Shown here: positions 25,650-35,382 of the stretch, in pieces
How the letters are laid out: each line of letters begins with the position of its first letter
How positions within the stretch are numbered: position 1 is the first letter of the stretch
NCBI GenBank assembly: GCA_008632985.1
Contig: QPGO01000023.1
Coordinates: forward strand, 617,681 to 681,680
Direction of reading: 5' to 3'
Length of the DNA: 64,000 nt
Source: Psammoneis japonica
Taxonomy: Eukaryota
The notes under the pieces: generated by a model
The model's input: the letters and a program-made list of their open reading frames with translations, nothing else
Database searches by the model: none
Told to the model about the DNA's origin: nothing
Program-made: the position numbers and the translations under genes

Positions 25650-27600
25650 CTGTCTCACATCTCACCTGCCACAGCTGCGTTGTCATTCTCCAACCAGAAA
25701 AACTCTCCAATCGCTCCTGCGTCAGCTTAAAATTCATCCCCACACACGCCACGCTTCGCTTGCAAAACAGCAACAATCTCTCAAGGAGCTCAAAGAGTGC
25801 GCTGGCGCGCTGGCGCGCTGGGGCCACACAAGCAGGACCTCAACAAGTGCAACTTCTTTGCAAATTCACCCATCAATGATGACAACAACTGCAACCCAAA
25901 AATGTGTCTTTGACCCAACTGGGCACCAACTCCATGGGGGAAACGAGCCAACATCATCTGACACGCCACTGCGCCACACTGTCAAAAACAACAGACTCAC
26001 AAAGCTGTTTGTCAAGCACTGAGGAAGAGCCAACCTCCTGCCTCACCAATGTTGTGTGCAGTCTTGTCCACAAACAAAAGACCATTTCATTCTTGTCACC
26101 CAATGCAACAAGAACCTGGGGCCCGCCATTGTCAAAAAGACAGAAAATGTCAAAATGGCGCTCCATCCAGCACAACCAGCCATCTCTCAGCAATTTTTTA
26201 ACCACGGCAAATGTCAAAACTTGGGTGCACTCAAAGCCCATGTGCATGAACACCACATCAAGAAACTTCCCAATGGCTGGCCAAAAGAGAGCACAACAAA
26301 GCCATCTCACCACCATGGAGTGCAAGCACCTCAAATTGTGTCACAACACTGAAGCTGCCAACCAGAATCCATTCCCTGTCTTCTGCCTTGCACTGGGAGT
26401 GCACAAGCCTCAACCACTGTGACCCCAATCTCTGCCATTTCTGTGAAGGGTGGCCTCCTCTGTGGCCTGGTGCATCTGGGCAGACAACAAAGTGCAAAAG
26501 GTCACCCAAGCTCAGTGTGCTCCTGCTGCTTCAAGAGCTTGCCAGAGCTGAGAAACAAGCCAGTGCAAATGGGCGTCCCACTGAACTGCCTCCTCTTCAC
26601 ATCTGTCACCAAGGCTCACCACCCCAACACCCCAACAAGCAAAGCCCTTTGCAAGACTGCCTCCTGCCTCTGTTGCCATGAAAGCAACTGCCATGGTGTC
26701 CCAACAGAAGCCCTCCTCATTGATGCCCTCCAACATGCAATGAAAAATGACATCTTTGCATTTGGAGCACCATGTGGCACCAACTCCTCAATGGAGCTGC
26801 TGCCATGGGAACACCATCTGCCCCTGCATGTGTGCCACACTGCACCCTCTGTGAAGCCACACTCCTGGAGGAGTCTGGTGCCAACCTCCTCCAGCACAAG
26901 CAATTCACAGATGACAATGTCTTTGGCATCTGGCTCATCACCAACCACACCACCAATGTCACCTGTTGTTGGACTGCACTTGCCTCTGGCACTAATTGAT
27001 GGCTTTGATTTCACCTGGTGGCTGGGTTGTTGCAAGTCCCAGAGCCTGCCAAGCTCACATTGTGGACCTGATGACATCACTCCAAGAAGCCCCCCGCCCA
27101 CCTCCACACCACCCTCTGTAAAAAAAAACAAAGAACCTTTGCCTGTGCATCCCACAAAACACTTGGCTCACCTGCCAGCTGACTGGCCCAGCTGTGGTTG
27201 TGCTCTTCCAATTCTCAGACAATTTTGCTCCAACCCCAATGATGCCAAAGCAGAAATGAAGCCACTCTGCCATTGACTGCTTGCCCAAGGATGCAAACCT
27301 GGCAAGCTGCAACCCATTTTCCAAAAAGCATGCAACCATTTTTTGGCAACATGATCAAAACAGTGCAGAATCTCTGAGGAGCAACCCCATCTTCCTCCAC
27401 GCACTGCACCACCCAAGAAATGATCCACCATGATCCAGCGACCAAAGCAACTGTGGAAAGGAATGATGGCATGCTCTCCTTGCTCTCAACCACTTGCCAC
27501 CACTCACAATCATGCCAGCCAATGAACCAGCCTTGAGCAAATGACGGTTTGTTGCTGCCATTCACAAAACTTGGGCAATCTCTGTTTGTGCCAAATCCTC
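25650..27600 (+). mobile_element. Degenerate Penelope-like retroelement (RT ORF, many frameshifts)
   Basis: Ordered PLE-type motifs: SLKFIPT, NCNPKMCL*PNW, CNKNLGPAIV, MKNDIFAFG, GAAMGTPSAP, HKQFTDDNVFGIW (YxDD-equivalent), NLCLCIP, IFLHALHHPRND, QNLGNL. Confidence 0.8.
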
Positions 27601-27656
27601 CACACACACCAGTGCCCTCCCTGCTTCATCCCACTGGATTGCAAATTGAGAGGCCA

Positions 27657-27694
27657 GTGAGAGAAAGAGAGACAGAGAGACTCAAAAAGAGGAT

Positions 27695-27730
<36 letters not shown>
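27657..27730 (+). repeat. (GA)n microsatellite just downstream of the Penelope-like relic
   Basis: Imperfect, then perfect, GA run. Confidence 0.9.
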
Positions 27731-30073
27731 AGAAGAACAAGAGAGAGCAAGCAAGCTAGATTGAATTGGAGCCCCCCAAATCAACTCAACTCATCTGCCC
27801 CTCTCCACCCAGATCTTTCCAATGCAGCAGCCTCAACCACCTCAACAACAGCAACTGGCCGCTGATGAAGCTGCCGTGCAAAAGTCTTGCTTGTCCTGAC
27901 TTTGGCCAATGCAGCTGTGCCTTGCCATTGCCAAAATTCAGTTTGGATGAACATCAAATTAAGTGGTGCTGCCTCAGCTGCTTTCCATTCCGTCTTTGTC
28001 CCATTTGATGGAGAATCAGCTGCAACACTGGCTCATTTGTTCATTCAAGAGAGAGAACAAACTGCAAAAATGGAGTGTGTTTGCAGTGCCACATCACCAT
28101 CATGCTGAGCTGCAAGAAAGCACAGAAAAAGGGAAATGCTGCATTCTTGTGCAAAAGAGCAGGGGCACTGTTCTCCAGCTGTGCTGTTTTTTTTTGGGGG
28201 GGGGGGGGGGGGGGGTCATTTGAGCATGCTTGTGGCTTGCTGTGTTTTTGCCACAAAAACTTCTTCAAACAAAAAAAAAGCAGCAGCTGACTGCCCTCAA
28301 TGCTGCCACCAAGGACAAAAGTGTGCTGGAGGAGTGAAAAACCAATCCACCCTCCCAATGACAACCTCTTGGAATCACATCTCCTGATGGCAAGCCACGA
28401 AACCTTGCAAAATTGCTGGGAGCACATGTGGAAAAAGCACACAGGAAAATTGGCAATGTGCTCAGAGACAAAGAAGTGTGCAAGATTGGATGGCTGGAAG
28501 GCTGGCTCCTGTCTGCCCTCTTGTTGCCTGTTCTGAAAACTGGTGCAGGTTGAACACAGCCAGCGGCGTGTGCATTCATCAAGATGTGGGTGTGCTGCAC
28601 AAAACAAGGTTCTGAGAAAAACACTGTTGTTTGTCAGGAGGAGGTGGCTGCACTCCTCCAAACCACCACCCAAGGCACCAAGGGGGACCCTGACAACTTG
28701 ACAAAACAACCTGCTGTGAACTTTTCAACTCTGAAATCCTTTTGAAATCTCTGACAGTCAACTGCAAAATTGAAAACCTCCCAATGTTGGAAACATGGCT
28801 GGCTGACAACTGGCCCTCAGGCTCAACAGTGACAAAACAGTCAGTGGGCAGCTGGCACAAAAGCGCACAGTGCCACACCACCGTGCTGAGCAGCTGGGCT
28901 GCAAACAAGGTTTCAAGGCCATTTTACATCAGTGCTTGCTCACCCCCAAAGTGCTGAATCCTGGAGGAAAGCAGACCCAGCATTCCCAACCCCCCTTTCT
29001 GTCAAATGTCAGTGGGAGGGGGGCACTCTCTGCTGCTCCTCGTTCCCATGCTTTTGCTGTGGGAGCACCTCTTTGGGAACTCTGGCATTGGTGCCCACAC
29101 CCACAGCTGCAAGTTGACCTGCAAGCCTTGCAAGAAGACCAGCCCCAAAAGCCCCCAAGGTGGGTGCTGGCATGTGAAATGGCACAGGCCTCAAAGAAGA
29201 CACAAGCCATTCATTTGAAAAGATCAGCGGGACACTTCTGCTGTGCCAGCAGAACATCTGTCCCCAGTGCACTCATGAAGAAGGAAACATTGTCAAATTA
29301 GAGACAGCTCTTGGCAGCGCAAAAAAGTTGCTGTGGTTGCCACAGATGCTTTCACCAATGCTCGCTCCTGAAGGTGAGCAGTGATGAGGGACCCAGATGC
29401 ACCTGCTCATGGGGGGCACAGAGCCCTTGCTGCAAGGATGCACCAGCGTGCAACACTCTGTGTGCAACAAATTTCTGCTGATTTTTTCCATTTTACACTT
29501 GCCTTTCAGGGCAATGAACAACGACAATGAAGGTCCTTGAAGCAGTGGTTTCCAGCATTTTTGAAAGTCACTTCACAGGAGAGCACAAACAAACCCAAAT
29601 CTAAAGCTGAAATGGACCCCAAATCAAATGAGGCAACCCATGTGGAGCAGGGTGGTTGGCTGGTTAGATGCAGCAAAATCACCTGACCCTGGCAAATTAA
29701 GATCACACCTCAGGGTCTCTTTGGGTGGTTTTAAATGCCGTGCACATCTGGCATCATCACCATCCATGTAAAAAGCTGGGTGTTTTCATGGCACATGTGA
29801 TGTCGCAACTTGAACTTGCATCCAATGCAGTGCACAAAACGAAACAAAAAACAACAAAAAAGAGCATCTCCCACCACCATGGGGCTTGTTCGTTTGCATG
29901 TCAACGGCCACGTCATCTGTCATCTGTCATTGGAGCATTGTCACACACAACAACCAGGCAGTGCTTGATTTGATTGTCATGTTAAATTTGTTGTTGTTGT
30001 TTGCCATCATGCTGCACTTGGACATGCCAAAAAGCAGAGTGCTTGCTGACTTTTCCATTGTTCTCATGACCGC

Positions 30074-30074
<1 letters not shown>

Positions 30075-30103
<29 letters not shown>
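30075..30103 (+). repeat. (CA)n microsatellite
   Basis: Perfect AC run. Confidence 0.9.
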
Positions 30104-30104
<1 letters not shown>

Positions 30105-31104
30105 GTCCACAAGCACTGAGTTTGTTTCCAATTTAGATGGATCAATTTACATCCAGTGAATGTGTCCATCATGCCATTGGCATCATGGTTTTTTTCTCAT
30201 GAAAGGTGCAGAAAATGACATTTTGGTTTCCAAGCAAGGCAGCAACAGTTTTGTCGTCAACACACTTTTGGTGAGGAGTGATGACATGCCCCAGCCAACA
30301 CACATCTGAGATGGCAACAACATTGGATCCATCATGTTGAACTGGTCCATTGCACCATTGCTTGTCGCTTCAGAAGCCTTGTGCTTGTTGCTTTTTTAAC
30401 CAACACCACAGTTGAATTTTTGTTCCTTTGTCAACTGCGCGATGCAGTGAATGCAATGTGCTTTGTGCTTTGCCACTGGACAATCATGGGGGAAACCAAA
30501 CTGTGCAGTGGGCGGGAGCTCCAAACCATTGGCAACCAGATCTGTGAATGGCTCATCAAGCTCATTCCAAATCTGTGCTCAAATGGTTTGGAGCAGCTGC
30601 CCTTCATTGCGTCTGTGCATTGTCCACACTGGAGCTAAATTTGCCACCTGTGGACACTCTAACCGGCCAGCCACCCAGCATCCTTGGCTCTGCATCACCA
30701 TCCTTGGCTCTTTTTGCCCTTGCAAAAATGTGACAATCTTCCACAAACAAATGTGACAGTGAGATTCCCACCTTTGTCAAACAGGTTTTGGGTCTCCTTG
30801 GAATGGAAAGTGCACGTCAGCTCTGCAAACCTGCGAACCTTGCAACCCATGGTGCTCTTGATGTCAAAGACCATGTGACAACCCCTGTGCTTGCATCCCA
30901 CCAGTGCTGGACTGAATTGCAACCATTGCATTGCACATTTTCTTCTCAAAGAGCTTGAGCCAGAAATTAGCCCAATCTCGTCTGCTGCAACAGGCGCGTG
31001 TTGTCTTCTTGCTGACGGAACTTGTGAGAGGACTGCCATGGGCGGAGTTTTTCAGGGTAGCGGCAGTGAATGTGTGGATGACAACGAGTCACGTTTGACG
31101 CTAC

Positions 31105-31295
31105 CAGCCCCATCATGAAACCTGGCAGAACGGTCTAGCACAACTTGAGGATAATTATTTTGAGCTGTTACTTGTGTATGATCCTGAAATCTTAATGCTA
31201 TCCAAACCGCAAACTCGAAGAGCTGGAGGGAGGTGTCTTTCGTGGTCACCAACACTCCAAATGAACTGTTTCGATTTTGAGCAGGCACTTAGGCC
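31105..31295 (-). pseudogene. Degenerate internal fragment of a fourth GT31 copy
   Basis: Aligns by eye to about 31510-31720 (e.g. GATTTTGAGCAGGCACTTAG, CAAACTCGAAGAGCT, TCCTGAAATCT) and encodes GLSACSKSK. Confidence 0.8.
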
Positions 31296-31300
31296 CCCAC

Positions 31301-32419
31301 TCAGATGAGGCATGTGGCGTTTTCCCAGCCTGTACATGACCAACCTTTATTCGCTTCTCCCTCGCAAATACGATAATCCTCCATATACAAACGACGCAAG
31401 GACTCCCACTTTGACCAAGCAGCGGATAGATCTCCTTTCAACGGAAAGTAAATGTCGTGAAGTCGAGAAAATGTCAGATCAGGAAGCTTTGCAAATGGTT
31501 GACCGCTCGCCGCCCCACCATGAAACAAAATAGAGTGGTCTAGCATATCTTTCGGACAACCTTGAGCTAGGACTTGTGTAAGGTCCTGAAATCTCATCGA
31601 ATTCTTGAACGTAATGTTGCTGTCCAAACCACAAACTCGAAGAGCTACGGCATTGTAGCAATCTTCGTGGTCGCCTTTATTCCAAACAAGCTTCTTTGAT
31701 TTTGAGCAGGCACTTAGACCATGAATCAGATCATCTGACATGATATAACCCCACCCACGGATCCAAAACAAATTTTTTAGTAGCTCTCCGGTTCCAACAT
31801 ATTTGCGATCCAAAGGTTGGCCTTGCCCACCAAGAAATCGGTTACGGGGCCATGTCTTGGAATCTTCTAGGAGACGATCCAGCAAAAGATAAGATTCATC
31901 ATCGAGCTTCATGTGATAGTCAGCCTGAATATTCAACGAAGCCCATTCATACCACGCATTCATCTTGCCAGTGTTGTGAACGTCCGAACTGTTCAGCAGT
32001 GCGACATCGCCATAGTGATCCCGTTCGGCCTGCAATTCCGTTATATTGTGCGTCGCATCCAGAGGATTCCCTTGTACTCTGGGTTCTTGTATGTTTCCAA
32101 CGAGAAAGTACACAAGGACTGAGCCATCTTGAACCGCCGGATGTTTCATCCACGTATCTCGGTGCATTTGCCGACGCATAAAACTTGAACCACGTGGAGG
32201 CTTTTCTTCCCAATCAAAGGAAGAGGTGATTGCGATTGCAATTTTGTGTTTTCCTGAATTCTCCAAAGAAGAAGGAACCGTCACAGCGTCAACTTCGGCG
32301 GCGTCCTTGGATTGTCGAAGAAAGAACGATTGGAATTGGGTGAAATTGACGCTCACCATTAAGGAGACCAAAATAACCACAACCACTTGGACGACATGTC
32401 GCTTCATGGTAAAAACCAT
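31301..32419 (-). CDS. GT31 galactosyltransferase-like protein, copy 3
   Basis: Same motifs; C-terminus shortened to TCLI*. Confidence 0.8.
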   Translation of the reverse strand: MVFTMKRHVVQVVVVILVSLMVSVNFTQFQSFFLRQSKDAAEVDAVTVPSSLENSGKHKIAIAITSSFDWEEKPPRGSSFMRRQMHRDTWMKHPAVQDGSVLVYFLVGNIQEPRVQGNPLDATHNITELQAERDHYGDVALLNSSDVHNTGKMNAWYEWASLNIQADYHMKLDDESYLLLDRLLEDSKTWPRNRFLGGQGQPLDRKYVGTGELLKNLFWIRGWGYIMSDDLIHGLSACSKSKKLVWNKGDHEDCYNAVALRVCGLDSNITFKNSMRFQDLTQVLAQGCPKDMLDHSILFHGGAASGQPFAKLPDLTFSRLHDIYFPLKGDLSAAWSKWESLRRLYMEDYRICEGEANKGWSCTGWENATCLI

Positions 32420-32913
32420 TAGACCTTCAATGTGGACAAATCAACGTAGCGTGATCGTTATTGTTGCAGTGGAAAGCTTTTTTGATGTGCGCCTTTTAAG
32501 ACCCACAAAGGCGACAGCGACACGCTGCAGAACACTCCCAAACCGCGCGAGACTCGCGCAGGGTCTGGAAAAAAGCGCGGGAAAATCAATAATGTATCTA
32601 CTGATTTTAAGATCAGCATACTCGTACGCACGACTCATAGATAGACGGTCTAGACAGTCTGTCCTCGCTCCCCACCCCGCTCCCATTCACATCTCGCGCG
32701 CTCGCATCGCTAACACCCATCGCCATCGCTCTCACCATCACCGCACCATGAATACTTCTACTTTGGTGCTTGTCTGCGATTCGTTTCTGATTCCTCGTAT
32801 TATATCAGTCGGATAAACGACACCTTAGCTCTTATTGGGCAAACTGCATCATACTCTTGACTATCCAAGTAGTTTCTATTTTCTCTACAAACTCAAATAA
32901 AAAGAAACACAAC

Positions 32914-35295
32914 ATGGGAAAGAACAAAAAGAAGGATCCAGAAAAGCGTGCTGCTCTGCAGGCGAAAAAGGAAGCCAAGGCCAACAAGGCGGCCAAGAAG
33001 CGCTTACAGAAAGAAACAAAAAATCAAGAGGGTGGAGAGGAAGAAAATGTGGATGAACTTTTGGAGGCATACCGTCAGCAAGACGCCAAAGTAGAAACGA
33101 CAGTTTTGGAGCCCCTGGAAGATGGATCATTCCCTCTTCCCAGAGCAAATGCGACATTGACCTTGGCGCCCGATAAGAATGACTACCTGTATATGTTTGG
33201 GGGGGAGTACTATGATGGAGTGGAGAATGTCGTTTTGGATGAAATGCTTCGGTGGGACACGAAAAAAGGAGAGTGGAAACGCATAATTACCCCGGCTCCA
33301 CGTCCTCCACCTCGCTGTGCTCATTCGACTGTGTACTACCGCAACGCACTCTATGTGTTTGGTGGAGAAATGGCTACAGCAGATCACTATCAACACTATC
33401 GCGATCTCTGGAGATTCGATTTGGCAACCTTGACTTGGGAAGAAATTAAGCCTACAACAAAGGGCACAGCCCCTTCGGCGAGGAGTGGGCACATGACTTT
33501 AACGTGGAAACAATACATGATTGTGTTTGGAGGTTTCTACGAGGCGTTGAGAGATACTCGATGGCATAACGATGTGTGCGTCATGGACTTGCAGACTCAT
33601 ACATGGTTGGATATACCTCACTCGAAGCTAGCCACTCGACCTGAGCCGCGGAGTGCTTGCAATGTCGGCTTGTTTGGAGATGTGGCGTTTATCCACGGTG
33701 GCTTTTGTAAATTGAAGAACCCATCGACAAAGGCTGAGAGCAAAACTCATACAGACTGCTGGATGCTACATCTCAGACCCATTCTTCAGGGACGCCAGCC
33801 AACGTGGGAGCGAGTTTCCATCAGAAGCAACAACAAAACGAGCACCGTCTTTACACCAAATTCACGATCGGGCACAGCGTCCGTGCCTTACAAGAACCGA
33901 CTTTTGGTCTTTGGCGGTGTCATTGACAAGGAAGAATATCACCATCGTATTGACAGCGTCTTTTACAATGACTTATTTGCCTTCGATGTGGAGAGGCGAA
34001 AATGGTTTCCCCTTCGAGTCAAACCACAGTCTGGTGACGGAAAATCACGCCGCCGACGAAAGAAACAAAACGATTTAGATGTAGAAGATGCCGAAAAAGA
34101 AGACGAGGAGCCCGATAACGAGGAGGAGAGTGATGAGAGCAGTGATTTGGAGGAAGACGAAGAAGTTGATGACGGAGGTCCATCCGGTTGGGATCTTGAT
34201 AAGTTGAGATCTAACATGTTTGCATTTGTTGACGGAGATGGCAATGTTGTTTATGAGAAGATAGAGGAGGAGGAGGAGGAGGAGAAAGACGAAGCCAAAG
34301 CTAGTGCAAGTGATGGATATGAAACGGACACTGGAGAAGTTAGCCAAGCGGTAGCTCAGGAGGAAGAGTCTGAGGAGGAGAAGGAGGAGGAAAAAGAAGA
34401 CGAGAGTGACAACGAACCATCGGAGACCCCAACGGCTGCCTCGGAAAAGCCAAACAAAGCTATAGATCATGCAGACGTCACGAAATATACGGTGGCTTCT
34501 TCGTCAGTCATGACGATGAACAAGGAGACCGGGGTGCCCGAAGCTGTGGCAAGAAGTGAGCCTCTGCCTCGCATCAATGCTGGCATGGTAGTCCAAGGCA
34601 ACACTCTTATTATCTACGGTGGCGTGCTAGAAGTAGGAGACCGTGAGATTACTCTTAATGACTGCTGGACATTCGACTTGCGTAAGCGAGACAAATGGGT
34701 ATGTGTTAACGAGGGAACCATGCACCAGCAAGTCTGGAGAGGCGCTACTTTCGACGACGATGATAGTTATGTAAGCACAGGTGCCGGGGAAGATTTTGAT
34801 GATACAGACGAGGAAATGAGCGACGCAGAGCCTTTTGGCGCCGGTGGTGAGGAAGGCGGAGAGGATGGAAAGGAGAGTCAGAAAGCACAAGCTAAGAAAG
34901 AGAGGAAAAGCAAAAGGTCAGGGTTGAAGCAAGAAATCAAGGAACTCAAGGAAAAGCTTGACCTCGACGATGTGAATAGTACGCCGCAGGTTGCCGAGGC
35001 TATGGCCGACTTCTACGCGAGAACGTCGGAGTATTGGAACCAACAAGCTGTTAAGGAAATAAAAGAAAAGCAGGAGGGCTCGGGCGAAGGAGAAAAGTTG
35101 TCGAGCAAGGAATTAAAGCGGGAAGGATTCAATCTCGCCCGAGCGAGATACGATGAACTTCGCCCACTTCTTGATCGACTGAATGAATTAGACCTTCAGC
35201 AGCAACAAGCTGAGAAGGAGAGGAAAATTAGAAAGTCGGATAAAGAAAAGAAGAAGAAGGACAAAGAGAGAAAGAAGGAACGGCGAAATCGGTAA
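32914..35295 (+). CDS. KLHDC4: Kelch domain-containing protein 4 (KLHDC4/Kel3-like)
   Basis: MGKNKKK start, kelch repeats (FGGEYYDG, PPPRCAH, PSARSGH, FGGF), acidic linkers, C-terminal DFYARTSEYW...KELKREGF. Confidence 0.88.
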   Translation: MGKNKKKDPEKRAALQAKKEAKANKAAKKRLQKETKNQEGGEEENVDELLEAYRQQDAKVETTVLEPLEDGSFPLPRANATLTLAPDKNDYLYMFGGEYYDGVENVVLDEMLRWDTKKGEWKRIITPAPRPPPRCAHSTVYYRNALYVFGGEMATADHYQHYRDLWRFDLATLTWEEIKPTTKGTAPSARSGHMTLTWKQYMIVFGGFYEALRDTRWHNDVCVMDLQTHTWLDIPHSKLATRPEPRSACNVGLFGDVAFIHGGFCKLKNPSTKAESKTHTDCWMLHLRPILQGRQPTWERVSIRSNNKTSTVFTPNSRSGTASVPYKNRLLVFGGVIDKEEYHHRIDSVFYNDLFAFDVERRKWFPLRVKPQSGDGKSRRRRKKQNDLDVEDAEKEDEEPDNEEESDESSDLEEDEEVDDGGPSGWDLDKLRSNMFAFVDGDGNVVYEKIEEEEEEEKDEAKASASDGYETDTGEVSQAVAQEEESEEEKEEEKEDESDNEPSETPTAASEKPNKAIDHADVTKYTVASSSVMTMNKETGVPEAVARSEPLPRINAGMVVQGNTLIIYGGVLEVGDREITLNDCWTFDLRKRDKWVCVNEGTMHQQVWRGATFDDDDSYVSTGAGEDFDDTDEEMSDAEPFGAGGEEGGEDGKESQKAQAKKERKSKRSGLKQEIKELKEKLDLDDVNSTPQVAEAMADFYARTSEYWNQQAVKEIKEKQEGSGEGEKLSSKELKREGFNLARARYDELRPLLDRLNELDLQQQQAEKERKIRKSDKEKKKKDKERKKERRNR

Positions 35296-35382
35296 GGAAT
35301 CTGCAGCCGGCTCTCTAGAGCATTTGGTAGACGCATACGGTATAATTTCATTTTTAGAACGTTTCTCTTCACTATGGATTGA

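Larger units (their letters stand above)
25290..31050. other. TpA- and CpG-depleted block of degenerate transposon-like DNA (block 2)
   Basis: Same composition as block 1. Contains a Penelope-like relic, microsatellites and unidentified coding relics. Confidence 0.9.

Noticed and set aside
30820..30885. CHMVFDIK resembling a Copia RT motif
   Set aside because: The flanking sequence does not continue with recognisable Copia RT motifs; too short to call.
19899..31039. Dense overlapping Cys/His/Gln-rich ORFs in all six frames within the two blocks
   Set aside because: An artefact of TA loss, which removes TAA/TAG stops and Tyr codons; these are not credible genes.
19865..31050. Blocks as contamination or classical fungal RIP
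   Set aside because: They interleave with host paralogs and show graded edges. RIP raises TpA and AT content, the opposite of what is seen.
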